Source: the human T2T-CHM13v2.0 reference genome, Homo sapiens
Reading direction: 5' to 3' (one strand)
NCBI RefSeq assembly: GCF_009914755.1
Contig: NC_060927.1
DNA length: 64,000 bases
Below the pieces are notes generated by a model. It searched no databases. It was not told the origin of the DNA and was given only the letters and a program-made list of their open reading frames with translations. Position 1 is the first letter of the stretch; every line of letters begins with the position of its first letter. A program made the translations under genes and the position numbers. Below are positions 13,820 to 29,519 of this stretch, piece after piece.

Positions 13820-14050
13820 TTTAGGTTAAGAACCTAGGGTGTAGAAGTTAAGGAGGTTAGTCCAAAGTCTGGCCCAATCGCTTACCAGCTGTGTTACCTT
13901 AGAAAAGTGATTTATCAGTTTTCTTGTCAATAAAATGAGAGTCATACCTGTACTGCAGTGTTGTTATGGGGACAAAATGAAATAAATGCATGGTAAATGC
14001 ATAGGCTGAACACCAACATGTGATGAGTATTCAATATAAGTTGTTTAATA
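13820..14050 (+). mobile_element. MIR
   Basis: CTTACCAGCTGTGTTACCTT...CAGTTTTCTTGTCAATAAAATGAG. Confidence 0.7.
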
Positions 14051-15639
14051 ATTTCAGGACATGTCATAAATTTTCAGATTAGAGTCACCTTGCTTCCCTA
14101 CCTTTATTAAAGGCAGTCTTCAATGGAGTTTTAAAATGGAAAAGCATTATCCTGATTTCCATTTTGAGGTTAGGCAGATGGTAATATAGCATTGAATTAT
14201 TCCACTATTTCTGGGGTTGACTTGGCTAGTTAGTGGGGTGTCTCTTCCCTCCCTTACCTCTCAGATATACCCTTACATAAATATAATGTAGTTGAAGACA
14301 GGCTTTTCAAATAGAGGAGCAATTTTCTTCCATAAAAAGCCCATTTTACTAGCCTTTTATTGGATGCAGAGTAAAACATCACTTGTTGCTTTCTTAAATA
14401 TTAGAGACAGAAAATTATCAGGTGTGCAAATATTGGACATAGGAACTTGTACTGATGATATGAACTTCTGGAGAACTGAAGTACTACTACTTTCCTCCTA
14501 CACTAGTTTTCTGTCAGCATTCTCATCTGCATCAGGAATACAATATTTATTCTAATAGGCCAGGTCATTGGTAGTTTACTTTTATCTTAATGTGTTATAT
14601 CTTCTCATACTCCTTTTATCTGTCCTAAGGACTCTCTGGAGTCTGGTGCTTTCATCATCTTCAGGTTTATAGACCTTCAAAAGCCTTCTTGATGTAAAGT
14701 TATTTAATTCATGTCCCAAAAGGTCTGTTGGAGTTCTATAACCCCAAATCAGTGGTACCTATGAGGTCATTCTTTAGGTGTTTATTTTTTAAATTATTTA
14801 AAAATTTTATTTAATAATTCTTATATTTCTTTTGTTATTATGAGATTATTTTGTTCTTATTCCCCCCTATGGGTTTATTAGGGATCTTTATTCCTTCTGG
14901 GTCATGCCCTGTGTTTTTTATGGTTGTCGTTTTAAAATCTTTATTTTTCTCTGCCTTTCATTTTAATTTTTAGATCCTTAATTTTATCAACCAGTCTCCA
15001 CTCAACACATTTTCTTGTTTCTCAGTTTTCCCAAGATAGGCCCTTGGTACAGAGTCAGTTATTCCAATATCTTAAGTTTAGACTAGGAATACAAACCCCA
15101 TTCTTCAGTATCAGCCATTCACCTTTTCTATCTGCCTTTCTCTTCCCATTGTTCCACTCTTCAGTTATATAGGGGAAAAATATCCGTACACCTATATATC
15201 TCTCTCTCTCCCTTTTTTGGTGAGTCTTCAGAGATACTGCCCAGGTTTCTTTTCAGCAATATCATTTACTGCAAAAGATTCAGAAGGCAGGGATAATTCT
15301 TACTGGGTTTAATAAATCTTAGTTGGGTGCTTTGGTCATCCCAGGTATGAAATCCAGAAACAGACAAACAAAACACCATACCAACTGTCAGGACTACATT
15401 TAGCTGTCCCTATACTCACTAGCAGGAAGATGTTAGTTGACTGTAAGAAATTTCTTCTTTCTGGTAACAATAAAAGCTTCTTTAAACTTGGTGTTACTTG
15501 TGGTTCCTTTTGTTATTTTTCAAAGCATGAATTGCTGATGCCTTTCCAGAAGGTTTGACAAAACCCTATTTGGGAGTCCCTGTTAGAGCATCAGGTTTGA
15601 AGTAGATATCAGAATTGCCCATGTATTTGCTGAATTTTA

Positions 15640-16010
15640 TTCCTTAACTCAAATACTTATTTTTGAGCACCTGTTTTGTATCAGGCACTCTTGTGGCCTC
15701 TGTAGAAACAATAGTGAGCTGAACAGACAAAACTACCTCTCTCTGGATATTCCAGTAGAATTAGGTGAATAATAAATTGCACATTAGAATGTGGAAAGTG
15801 CTATGGGGGAAAAACAAGAGTAAGAGGGAATAGGGTAGAATGAGGAGGAGGGTGGTTACAATTTAAGTAGAATGAGGAGAGGGTGGTTACAATTTAAAAC
15901 AAGATGTTTAGGGTCGGCATCATTGGAAAGGTGACATTTGAACACAGATTTGAAGGAGATAGAGGTATAAGCCATATAAATATCCAGGGGGTGAGCGTTC
16001 TATGTATAGT
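15640..16010 (-). mobile_element. L2 fragment with internal 31-32-bp tandem duplication (15835-15897)
   Basis: L2 3'-end motif TTGAGCACCTG...CAGGCACT; GTAGAATGAGGA(G)GAGGGTGGTTACAATTTAA x2. Confidence 0.7.
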
Positions 16011-16104
16011 ACAAAGGCTCTCGATAATTGGTAATAACACAAAAACAAGCAGGACGAATGAAGACAGCAATTTCAAAATAAGGGTATCTTTTAAAAAATG
16101 TTTT

Positions 16105-16517
16105 TACCACTCAGGTATATACCTAAGAGAAATGAGTATGTATGTTCACACAAAAACTCATATATGCTTGTTCATAGTTGTATTATTCATAATAGCCAAA
16201 AGGTAGAAACAACACCCGTGTCCATCAATTGACGAATGGATAAAATAGGTATATCCATATACCAGAATATTACTTGGCAGTATGGACCAGCATAAGCAAA
16301 CCCACAGTGACAAAGTAGATTAGTGGCTGCTAGGTGCTGAGGCTGAGGTATAATGGGGGGTGACCGCTAACAGAGTTTCTTACTGGGGTGATGCAAGTGT
16401 TCCGAAAATAGTGGTGATGGTTGCAGAACTCTAAATACACTAAAAATCACCAAATTGTATACTTTTTAAAAGAGTGAATTTGTGGTATGTGAATTATGTC
16501 TCAAGCCGTTATAAAAA
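16105..16517 (+). mobile_element. L1M (L1MB-like) 3' fragment
   Basis: AATAGCCAAAAGGTAGAAAC...GGTGATGGTTGCA...GTGAATTATGTCTCAA. Confidence 0.8.
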
Positions 16518-16605
16518 TTTTTTTTCTGAAAAGTTTTTTCTAATTATGTAAAAAATACTTGCTGACTTAGTATTCACAGTATAAAAAGATATAAAGCAAG
16601 CTTAA

Positions 16606-16982
<377 letters not shown>

Positions 16983-17721
16983 TCTACAATATTTTTTAGA
17001 GTGCATTTCTAACTATTAAGGCAAGGGAGAAATAGCTAAGTCACAAAAGAAATAACCATATTTAACTTTTATTCAAAATGAAGTAAGTGATACAGTATTT
17101 TCAAAACCTATCAGTCTTTCATTAGCAGCCAGTTCCAACAATTTATCCTGTAAAATTAGCTAAGTTTACCTTTTTTAGATGAAATAAATGGATTCTGGAT
17201 TTTATATACTAAGTTACAGTCAATGAATATTGTACATAATGTGGTTTCATTGCATGTGACTGTTAGGAGGCTGATTCCACGAGTGAGTCATCACACAGAT
17301 TCAACAATCTTGATCTGTTCTATATCCTGTTCAACCAGAGGAGTGCATTAATCAAACCGCCATAGAAGTTTCTAAACACTTAATCTCAATTTCTTTACTT
17401 TCCTTGATGTGGCTTGGAAACAAACCATTTGCAACTATGCTTTGAGTGGCACTGTTCTGGAATATTCATAAAGTGGAATACCATATAGCCTTAAAAATAA
17501 TTTTCTTATAGAATAATTACATGGGGAAAGGTTAACATTCTTTGCAAACAGGTTAAGCAGTACAAATGGCAATCTTGTTTAAATAAGGATTTTTCTAAAT
17601 ATAAAAAGGAAGGCTAAAATGATTATCTTCAGATACAAGGACGAATGATGATTTGCTTTCTGAACATTTTAGATTTCTTACTGTGGACCTATATCACTTT
17701 TATAATGAGGAAATTGTTCTA

Positions 17722-18050
17722 TTTTTAGAAACAGAATCTCACTCTATCACTCAGGCTGGAGTACAGTGGCACAATCATAGCTCAGTGTAGCCTCATACTC
17801 CTGGGTTTAAGTGATCCTCCCACCTCAGCCTCAGAATAATACCACACTACTCAATAGTGTTATTCAGCCCTTCTCTTCTGAAAAGTAGCTAGGAGTGTAG
17901 GCATATGCTACCATGCCCTGTTAACTTTTATTTTTTGAGAGAGAACGTCTCACTATGTTGTCTAGGCTGGTCTCAAACTCCTGGTCTCAAGCGATCCTCC
18001 CACCTCAGCCTCAGAATGGCTGGGGTTATAGGCATGAGCCACTGTGCCAG
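17722..18050 (-). mobile_element. AluJ carrying a ~50-bp non-Alu insertion (17834-17884)
   Basis: Antisense AluJ interrupted between CCTCAGCCTC and AAGTAGCT. Confidence 0.88.
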
Positions 18051-18410
18051 CGAGAAAATTATTTTTAAATTGCCTTATTTATAGTAGGTCCCCTTTGAAG
18101 TGGTAGTGTCAGCAAAATGGCCAGCACTTAGTAGCTCACCAAAAAACTTTTGGAACTGGTTTGACTCTTGGAAAATGTGTTTAGGTATCCATTGTGTGCC
18201 ATGGCATTATTTGGCAATGTCAGATTTAAAGCTTTATTTATTTGACATTTTAAAAATTCTGTACACTGGGGATGTTGATAGAGGTCATTTCTGGTCCTCA
18301 AGAAACACAGTCCAGTGTGGGAGAGAGTTGGACAATCACAATATGGTGCTAAAGGTTATGATAAAGAGTTGAATAGACCAGTCCCCGTCTTTAAAAACCT
18401 TATGGTCTTG

Positions 18411-18883
<473 letters not shown>

Positions 18884-19028
18884 TTATGGTCTTGTAAAGG
18901 ATATACGGCAGGCTGTGAAAGTGAGAGAGCGATCTTGCTACCTTTCTTAGGGGAATCTTGGAAAGATTAAAGATATATAACATGTACTAAGTGCCCTCAT
19001 ATTTTTATCTTCCAGGTTTGAGCACAAA

Positions 19029-19096
19029 ATGAACATAATTAGGGAAAATAAGGATCTGGCATGTTTCTACACAACAAAACATTCATGGAGGGGGAA
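19029..19096 (+). CDS. DNAJC13: DNAJC13 exon 2 coding part (exon starts 19016): [22 protein letters not shown](K)
   Basis: Acceptor ttccag|19016, ATG 19029, donor AA|gtaagt. Confidence 0.96.
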
Positions 19097-21344
19097 GTAA
19101 GTATTCTTGTTGGGTTTTTTTTTCTGTGCTTCTATAAAATATTTTAAACATTACTGTGTTTCATAATCTTGAATAATACTGCACAACTCAGGCTATACAG
19201 CCCTTCTCTTCTGAAAAACGTGCATATTATAAATGTAAATGCTACATGTATTTTTTTTTCTTTTGACATTTCCAGTTTTCAGTATCTTTCTTGGGAAGGA
19301 GTTTGGTAAGAATTAAAAGTGACAGTTAAAAGGAAAGTAAACCAGTTAATCCACGCTCTTGTATGCTATCAATTAATGATGAGGTTATATAGTAGTAGCA
19401 GAGTGTTAACCCTACATCTTTGTTACCCAGTGACTAACCTGTCTGTAGCCAACATTTTCATATCCGTTTGACTGTCGGAGAAAATATGCCATTCTAGTGA
19501 AGTCTAACCTTTTTTTAGGCCTGTAATGAAATTTAAAAATTGGGTTTAATATATTTTCTTTGGGAGGGAGTGATGGCATTTTTTAGTAGCTTCCTAGTCA
19601 GACCAAAATGTAAGTGCTTCTGTTTCCTGTCTGTAAGATGGTTGGTAATTCCTACCCTTCAGATTTTTGTAAGGATTAAATGAAGTGATATGGCATGTAT
19701 GAAAGTTTTAAAATTATGCCTCAAATATATTGAGTATTCAGTGAATGGCATCTGTTGACCATTACAAAAGTTTAGTCTCTGGTCCCTTTGATCAGTAATA
19801 AGTAAAATGAGTGTGTCACACTTTTACAAATCAGTGACCACATTATTCTGAATCGTGCCACAAGGTAAAATGTGACACATGCACAAAGCCAGTAAGTGTT
19901 TCTTCTCTCAACTTTTCATTTTTTAGTCACTGGAGTGGTAACTTCTTAGGATGTGGTATACATCTGAGCTGTCTAGTATTTCTGGTTTGCATTAGCAAAC
20001 TGCCTATAATTTTGGAAGATTTGAATATTTGATTTTGTTGTCTAATAGCTCAATTGTATGAACTCCTAAATTAGAATAGTTGTTACCCTTTAGAATACTT
20101 GTCTCTCATTTTTTTTCCCCCTAGTTAGTTTCAATGAGTGAAGTTAGGGAGAAAAGTGGCATATCCAGGGTAGTATGAGTCATTTTAGTTCTTTGAATCA
20201 ACCTTAGAAAAGTATATCTTTAAATAATCCTTATTTTTTCCTCAAGTGGTAGATTACTTTGGTCATCATAATATGACTTCCGTTTTTAATATGATTATAA
20301 CATACTGATACATTCTAAAGAACAAACTTACTGCAATGCTTTTCGATTTGTGAGCTTGTAAGTAACTGTGATCATCAAAATTTTTGGTAATGTTCTTAGA
20401 GTAGTGACTAAGACTTAACTATCCTCTTTTTTCCTCGTAATAATTCAGAGTACAACTGTTTGTGTGCTCTTAGCGTAATTCTTTTAGGCCTTGAGACTTG
20501 GTTTTGTTTTTATAACAGCTTTAAGGCATAACTTATATACCATAAAATTCACCCTTCTAAAGTATACAATTCAGCGGATTTTAGTGTATTCATAAAGTTG
20601 TAAACCATCATCACTGTTTTGAGAACACTTTCATCACCTCGCCTTCCCTGCAAAAAACTTCCTCTAAACACTGCGTTACAAATCAGCAGTTAACTCCCTT
20701 TTTCCCCCTCTTTTGGCAGGCGTTAATCTACTTCCTGTCTCTGGATTTGTCTATTTGGAACATCTTATATAAATAGAATGATACAAAATGCTGTATTTTC
20801 TGACTGACTTCTTCCATTAAGCATAATGTTTTCAAGGTCGTCTATATTATAGCATGTCAGTACTTCATTTCATTAATGTCATATAATCTGTTGTATGGAT
20901 ATACTACATTTTGTTTATCCATTCATCAACTGACAGACATTTGTGTTGTTCTTACTCTTTTACTATTATGAATAATGCCACTGTGAATGTTTCCATATTT
21001 CCAGTTGTTTTGTGTATATACCTAAGAGTGGAATTGGTGGGTTATGTGGTAACTCTGTTTAACTTTTTGATGAACAGCCAAACTGTTTTCCAAAGTAGCT
21101 GCAGCATTTTACATTTCCACCTTCAATGTCTGAGTCCCAAATGCTCCATATCCTTATCAACACTTATTGTCTTTTTTATTTTAGCCATCCTAGTGTAGGT
21201 ACGAAGTAGCTTCTCATTGTAGTTTTGATTTCATTTCCCTAGTGATTCATGATGTTGGGTATCTTTTCTTGTGTTTGTAGGTCATTTGTGTATCTTCTTT
21301 GATGAAATAATCTATTGAAATCATTTATTCACTGTAACTAAAAA

Positions 21345-21656
<312 letters not shown>

Positions 21657-22328
21657 AAGTCATTTATTCACTTTTAAATTAGGTTGTCTTATTACTGAAT
21701 TGTGAGAGTTCTTTATATATTCTGAATAAAAGTTCCGTGTATATGATTTGCAAATATTTTCTCCAATTCTTCAGATTTTTTTACTTTCTTGATGGTATTG
21801 TTTGGAGCACAAAGCTTTTAATTTGATGAAATCCAATTTATCAATTGTTTCTTTTGCCATTTGTGCTTTTGGTAATCTAAAAAGCCATTACCTAACCCAA
21901 GCTAACAAAGATTTACTTCTTTGTTTTCTTCTAAGAGCTGTATAGCTTTAATTGCGTTAATTTTTGTATTTGGTGTGAAGTAGGGTTCTAAATTCATTCC
22001 TTTGCATGTGAATATCCAGTTGTGCCAGCATCATTTGTTGAAAAAACTGTTCTTTCCACTTGAATTGTTTCGACACCCTTGTCAAAAATCAGTTTACCAT
22101 GACTGTTTAGTTTTTTCCTGGACTCATAATTCTGTTCTGTTGATCCTGTATGCCTAACCTTATGCCAGTACCATATTGTCTTGATTATTATAGCTTTGTG
22201 CTGTTTTGAAACTTAGAAATACGAGTCTCTGAATTTTATTTTTCAGTATTATTTTGGGTATTCCTGGTCTCTTGCATTTCCATATGAATTTTAGAGTCAG
22301 TTGTTAATTTTTTTTTAAAAGACAGCTG

Positions 22329-22609
<281 letters not shown>

Positions 22610-24451
22610 TTAACAGCATTGTCTTCTGATTCATGAACATGTGTTTTCATTTATTTACATCTTTTAAAATTTCTTTCAACAGTGTTCTGTTGATTTCAGT
22701 GTATACACCTTGAATCTTAACTTCTCCCTGAAAGAGTTTACATTTTCCAGATGGTGATAGTTATCATTTCATTGGGTTATATACATTATTAAATGGCACT
22801 GAGACTTTTTATTATACTTACCTATTTTATATGGCCAATTCTAATCTAGGTTTAAAGTACTCATCAGCAGTGTTAATGTAAAAAATAAATGGCCAACATT
22901 AAAATTTTCTGTTGTTTCAGAATAGTTAATTGAACCTTGTCTCTAGAAACATGTCTACGTACAACAAATTTTTTGTGATTTTTGGGATTTAGGGCCTCAG
23001 TTTTAAGAGACTCCATGCCTATTTCCGTGTTGCTAACCTAGCCCCAGCATTTCAGAAAGATGTTATTGATTGTGGAAGTAAAGATGTATAAATATTTTTT
23101 CTTCTCTTCATATGTCAAAATTAAGATAACCTGTCCAGGTATTCCCCTTGAAGATATTTGTGTGACCCATTTCTGTTACCTTTGTAGTAGTTTTCATTAT
23201 TACCTCACTTTATAGCTGCTGAATGCCTTTATTTAGGGTCTGTTGATCATCGGTATGGATGCCTTAGCTGGCAAAGTAGCTTCTTCTGCGCTTTTCATTT
23301 TTCCAACTTGTATAGACATAATTTAATTATATGTTTATTCTGGGAGGAGCAAGAAAAGGAGAGTAGATTCAGGGGGGAAAAGGCACTTTTCTTTCATGAA
23401 GGAGAAAAATTTCTGTTTTGGCCTAAGTAAGCCATTTCAGAGAGGAAGGAAAGTTCAGATGTTTCAGTTAAAGCAGAAGTGCAGATTCACTGTGGAAAAA
23501 CTTCAGAGTGATATTCAAGGTACAGGTTCTCAATTTTTTCTGGATAAAAATTTATAAGTAAAATCTACCTGTGGATCACCTTAATATTGCATACATTAAT
23601 TGTAGGAAATGCTGTGAATTTAGAGTATCATTTTGGTATCTAAACAGGATTTTCACCTCAATGCATTAGGATATGTAATGATCAGTCTATGAAATTTAAT
23701 AACAGAAGCTCACTACATTCATAGTTTCTGTAATAACTGGATACAGGAAATTGAGAGAAGTGCTGAGACAAAGGGAAGCTAGTGAATTTCTAATACCTTT
23801 CTTATATGTAGGAATGGAGTTCTACAAGAGAAAAGATATCTTTTTCTTTTGCTGCCTGGCATTTACACACCTCACCCATCCTCATAACCTCCAGGAATAC
23901 TGAGGGGTTTTTTTTGTTTTTTTTTTTTTCCCCTCGCTCTTGACCCTGCCAGTCTTTAAAACTCAGATGAGCTGTCCTTAATTCTTTTGTGTTTTCTTTG
24001 TCTAATTTTTTGTGACTATCATCAGGCAACCTGGGACTTGAACATCTCTTACCTAGAATTGCAAATTGGATCACATCTCCTTTATCGGAATCTTATGTTT
24101 TTCACAAAATGTTGTGTTGAAAGCTAGCTCCATCCGAGCTGGAAAAGATACAGACATTGCATCATGGAATTTAAGGCCTTAAAATATTACATTTCATGGG
24201 ATGCCCTTTTATTTCTTCTAAAGCTCTTACTGAGCTTTTAGGACAGATATTTGCAGAGTATGTCCTATCCATTTCTTCTTTTTCTTTTCTGAGGAGTACA
24301 ACTTTTTATCTGAATGAGCCCTCCTTGGTGAAACTGATGTTTCAAGTCAAGTTTCCACTACAGAGTATCCTGGCAATACAACCAGATGAACGATCAGTTT
24401 GCCCATTAATTTTGTTCTTTGTTTTGAATATGAATACACTAGAGCAGTCAT

Positions 24452-24740
24452 GGGCTGGACGCAGTGGCTCACGACTATAATCCGAGCACTTTGGGAGGCC
24501 AAGGCTGGAGGATCACTTGAGGTCAGGAGTTCAAAATCAGCCTGGCCAACATTGTGAAATCCCATCTCTACTAAAAACACAAAAATTATCTGGTGTGGTG
24601 GCGCAGGCCTGTAGTTCCAGCTACTCAGGAGGCTGAGATGGGAGAATTGCTTGAACCCAGGAGGCGGAGGTTGCAGTGAGCTGAGATTACGCCGCTACAC
24701 TCCATCTTGGGCAATGGAGCTAGATTCCATCTCAAAAAAA
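24452..24740 (+). mobile_element. AluSx-like
   Basis: Sense Alu consensus; TSD-like AGCAGT(C/T)ATG. Confidence 0.92.
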
Positions 24741-24957
24741 GCAGTTATGGCTACTTTAAAACATAAATGTACTAATTATAATTTGTTCAGTTATTCTACT
24801 GGAGTTTTGGGATTCCCCACTCTCCGTTAGTCAACTAGTGGAATAATAGCAATAGGAATAGCTAACATTTATTGACTGTTATACTCATTAGCCAGGCACA
24901 TAAGTGCCAAGTACTTTACATGGATTATTTCTTTTCTCACATTGTGAAGTAGATATA

Positions 24958-25275
24958 CAGTCATGTACTACATAACATTTCCATCAATGATGGACTGCAT
25001 ATATGATGATCCCATATGTTTAGATACACAGATATTTACCATTGTGTTACAGCTGCTTACAGTATTAGGTACAGTAACGTTGTACACTAGGAGCAATAAG
25101 CTATACCTTGTAGCCTAGGAGTGTAGTAGGCTATACTATCTAGGTTTGTGTAAGTACAAAACTAGTAATTTACATACAGAATTTTGGGAAGAAATCTGTG
25201 ATAGTCACATAATGATGAAGTCACCTAATGACAGATTCTCAGAATTGATTCCCATTGTTAAGCAACGCATGACTG
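24958..25275. mobile_element. Tigger3-like (Golem) non-autonomous DNA transposon nested in a MIR (~24853-25415)
   Basis: TIRs CAGTCATG...CATGACTG flanked by TA; MIR halves on both sides. Confidence 0.8.
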
Positions 25276-25619
25276 TATGTATTATCCATATCTTTCAGTC
25301 GAGGAAACCAAAGCTTAGAGAAGTTAAGGAAGTTATCAGAGAAAACACAGCTAGTGAGTAGTCCAGGCAATGTGGCTCGAGTTGGTGTGCTTAACCATTA
25401 AGCTGTAGTGCCTCCTTTACCAATGCTGACCATTAATCTCCTAAGAAATGTTGTAGGTCAGTTATCCTTAATTTCATTATTAGATGGACTCAAATTTTAG
25501 TTCAAGTTACTGGATTCTCAAGCTTTTAATGATAAAAGGAAAAATCCTGGGTTCCATGAGTATCCTAAAGGCTTCAAGAAATTGGTGGCCAAAACTTGTT
25601 TTAAAATGGCCAAGGGAAC

Positions 25620-25930
25620 TAGGATATTCAGCCTAGGAAAAAGAATTCGAATGGAAGGTCTGACTGGCAGAAGAATTAGGTATGCTCTGTGTGCAGCTGA
25701 AAGACAGAACTTGGGCCAGCAGGTAAAATTTGTGGGGAAGTAGATGTTGGCTTACTTCTAGGGAACAGTTGTCAATATCTACAATACCGGGACATGAATA
25801 GAATTGCTTTCAGTTAAGATATGTTAGTTTCCTTGCATCAGCCAGTAGTGAACAATTATAACTAGACAACCTTGCCTACAGTATTATAAAGGTTTATGCT
25901 GTGTGTTATGAGATCTAGAGTGTGTAACAT
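25620..25930 (+). mobile_element. L3/CR1-like fragment
   Basis: TATTCAGCCTAGGAAAAAGAA...GACAGAACTTGGGCCAGCAGG resembles the L3 3' end. Confidence 0.45.
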
Positions 25931-26506
25931 AAAAGCTGTCTTCTAACTTTGATTAGCTCTGTTTGGCTTCTTTGAAGCCTGTTGGCGTAGATTCTCCACT
26001 GAAGGGATTGAGGATCTTGAACTTTAAAAGTAATACAGGTACACAGAAATTTTCCGACGTCAAGAATTTGAGAACCATTATTTTATAGTAAACGTAAACT
26101 TTCTCAGTTTACAAAAATGTTGAATTTTCTCTATTATAATACTGAATTACACGGATTTTCTGTGCAGAAGAATATAATAGATGTTATGATGGCGACCAGT
26201 ATTTTTGTAGTATCTCTGTTGACACTATTTTACATGCCTGATTGATAGAAGCTAGTTAAATATTCGAGTCAGAAATTAACTTTGAGACAGTGACAAGAAT
26301 CTTAGCTCTTATTACTTTGAAGTTTATTTCAGATGTTTGAATTAGATAACTAGTAAAATGTTGGGAGGAAACTGAGTCTTTAAAGGACTCCTATTCACTG
26401 TCATATTATTGAACCCAGCACAGTGTCAGATACTCATTTAATCCATTATAGTACCTAATAGAGTATCTGACCTAACACATTGGTTTTTTTTTTTATTTTG
26501 CCTAAA

Positions 26507-26635
26507 CATGTAAAAAAATCTTGTTATAAAATACCTTATGTAAAAAAAAATCATGCTATAAAATACCATATGTAAAAAAAAATCATGCTATAAAATGCCA
26601 TATGTTAAAAAAAAAAAAAAACATGTTTTAAAAAA
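26507..26635 (+). repeat. AT-rich minisatellite, ~31-bp unit, ~3.5 copies
   Basis: TATGTAAAAAAAATCATGCTATAAAATACCA repeated with variable A-run. Confidence 0.85.
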
Positions 26636-26639
26636 TTGT

Positions 26640-26774
26640 TGGTTTTTTTGTGTGTGTGTCTTTTTCAACATGGGGTCTGCCATCTTGCCCAGGCTGGTCT
26701 TGGGGCTCAAGTGATCCTCCCGCCTCGGCCTCTCGATGTGCTGAGATTACAGGCGTGAGCCACTGCACCCGGCC
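26640..26774 (-). mobile_element. FLAM / Alu left monomer
   Basis: GCCCAGGCTGGTCT...CACTGCACCCGGCC; TSD-like AAAAATTGTT. Confidence 0.85.
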
Positions 26775-27639
26775 ACAAAAATTGTTTAAAAGAGGAAAGC
26801 AGTATTCATAAGAACTAGAAAACTTAAGAATGCTGTAACATTTTTATTTTCAGGAATTAAAATAATTTAGAAGTGTTTTGATGTAAATTAATATGTTTAA
26901 TCTGTCTGTTAAAAAATATAAGCATCACCTTATCAAATCCAAAACTTGATTACATCCCCAGCTTTTGCCTCAGTGGTTTTCCTGTTCAGATGATCTTATC
27001 TCCACCAATACTATCATCAGCACAACATTTTTTTTTCTTTTTCTTTGTCACCAATTGCAGGGGAGTAAAATGCCCCACAGATAAAGCAGTCGCCTCAAAC
27101 ACTTGTATTTCTTTAAGCAGCATTTGTTTCCTGATTCTAAATAACATTATACCTAATGGTAACATAAGTTATGTTTCTTAATAAGCTGTTGTATTACAAT
27201 AAGCTTGTGAGTTGTGATAACTTAAGAAATGCCTACTTCTTGTAGGCATTTAATGATGTAAGTTTAGTGCCTGAATAAAAAGAAAACAGGTGCAGTAGGT
27301 AAAGTCAATATGAATATTAATTTTTCAGTTAGGGGGCAAAGGTCTTTTTTCTGATGTTATACTATGAATTTAAAAATTGGTGTAAAATTACTTGCTGTCT
27401 GACATTCTGCTTTAAAGGCAAGAGCAGGCTAATAGGTCATAGATTTGTATGTTGACATATTTTTGGATAGATTGTTTTATCTAGCTATTAAGCATTTATT
27501 GGGGTATCTACTGTAGTCAATGCTGGGTACTGTGGTAGGAGTTAGCCTCAAAGAAGAAGACTTGTGCCTCCCTGAATCCGTGGAGTCTTTGTCTCTTCTT
27601 TGACTTGGGACACTGTTGACTTAGTAAAAGATAAAAATC

Positions 27640-27943
<304 letters not shown>

Positions 27944-28499
27944 TAGCTGTAAATGTTGTGACTAATACTCTATACATGCGAGACATTTTAGATATTTTCA
28001 TCTCTAAATCTGTTATCTAAGGGGGCTTTTTAGAAAATCATTGAAAGTTTAGCTTTGTTATCCAGGGAGGCTTTTTTGGTAATCTTTGGAAGTTCAAGCT
28101 TGCTTAAAAAGATGTCTTAAATGACATAGAAATATTTGCCCCATCCTTAAGCGGAAGTTCAACAGCCACTCTAAAAAGAGGAGCGGCATGGGGAGTACTT
28201 AAGGAAGGGAGTGCGGAGGGGAAGGGAGTTCTCTTAGGAATTTTCTTTTTTTAATAGCTTTCTTAGGATGGCTTAAAGATAGCTCCGTGTTTACTAGTTA
28301 TGACAGTACTCTGCTGGGTCTAGCATGCATACAACTCCAGGATCCTTTTGCGGAGGGATCCAGAATGTGATCTCTCCAGTATGGTAGCCGCTAACTACAT
28401 GTGGCTATTTATTTAACTTTAAATAAAATGTAAAATTCAGTTGCCTTAGCCACATTTCAAGTGCCCAATAGGTACACTTTGCTCATTGCTACCTTATTG

Positions 28500-28774
28500 C
28501 AGGGGCCCCCAAGCCCAGGTTTTTGGCCTCTTAAGAACTGGGCCCCACAGCAGGAGGTAGGCGGTGGGCAAGCGAGCCAGCATTACCGCCTGAGCTCCAT
28601 CCACCTCCTGCACATGAGAGGGATCTAGGTTGTGTGCTCCTTATGAGAATCTAACTCATGCCTGACGATCTGAGGTGGAACAGTTTTATCCTGAAACCAT
28701 CCCCCTGCCCTGTCCATGGAAAAATTGTCTTCCACAAAGCCAGTCCCTGGTGCTAAAAAGGTTGGGGACTAGTT
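28500..28774. mobile_element. MER1B-like hAT-Charlie element nested in a MER3-like hAT (~28370-28830)
   Basis: CAGGGGCCCCCAAG...GTTGGGGACTAG termini; perfect 8-bp TSD CCTTATTG (28492-28499, 28775-28782). Confidence 0.82.
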
Positions 28775-29519
28775 CCTTATTGGACAGTGGAAATTTTGCC
28801 ATGTCAGAAAGTCTTTCTTATTGGACAATGTAGGTCTAAAATATTGTCATCTCAAAGTTCTTTTGACAGTATGATCTAGATGACAGAATTATATGAGAAA
28901 GATATTAGAAGAGGCTTAGGTGTGGTGGTGAAGATTGGTGTAGGATTGAAAAGGATATTTTCTTAGCCAGTCTTCTAAGACTGTACATGGCACCAGCAGT
29001 TACATTTGGAACATTTCAGGCATTCTTTCACTTTTTGCTCACAGAATAAAATAAACAAATTCTGTAGTTTTATTTCAGGATTGTAAGGAGTTTCATGTTT
29101 GACTTTCAGGGTGATTTTGAAAAATAGTTTGTGAATTCACATCTCTTATCACACACTTGATTTCACTGTGCAGCTTTTAAGTCAAAGACTGAGCAAAATC
29201 TTATTTCTTTGTTTTAGTTCCTATTAATTGATTAAGCCTTTGAAGTTTTGAAACTTTTAAGCTCTTTAGATAGCTTGTTTACTTCACCAGTCCCCTAACC
29301 CTCACTCCACTTTAAAAAGAAGCAAATGACTGCTTTTTTGTTAGAGGGAAGTGCTATAATTCTTTAGTTTCTCACTCCACTTTAGACATGTAGAGTTAGG
29401 AAAAAAAACACAATGTAGCAATACTTTTGTATATGGATATGTGGTAAAGATTAATAAAATCTTATCATTTCCTTTTTACCTAAATGGAAATACTTTCTCA
29501 TTTTTATAATATACTGATT

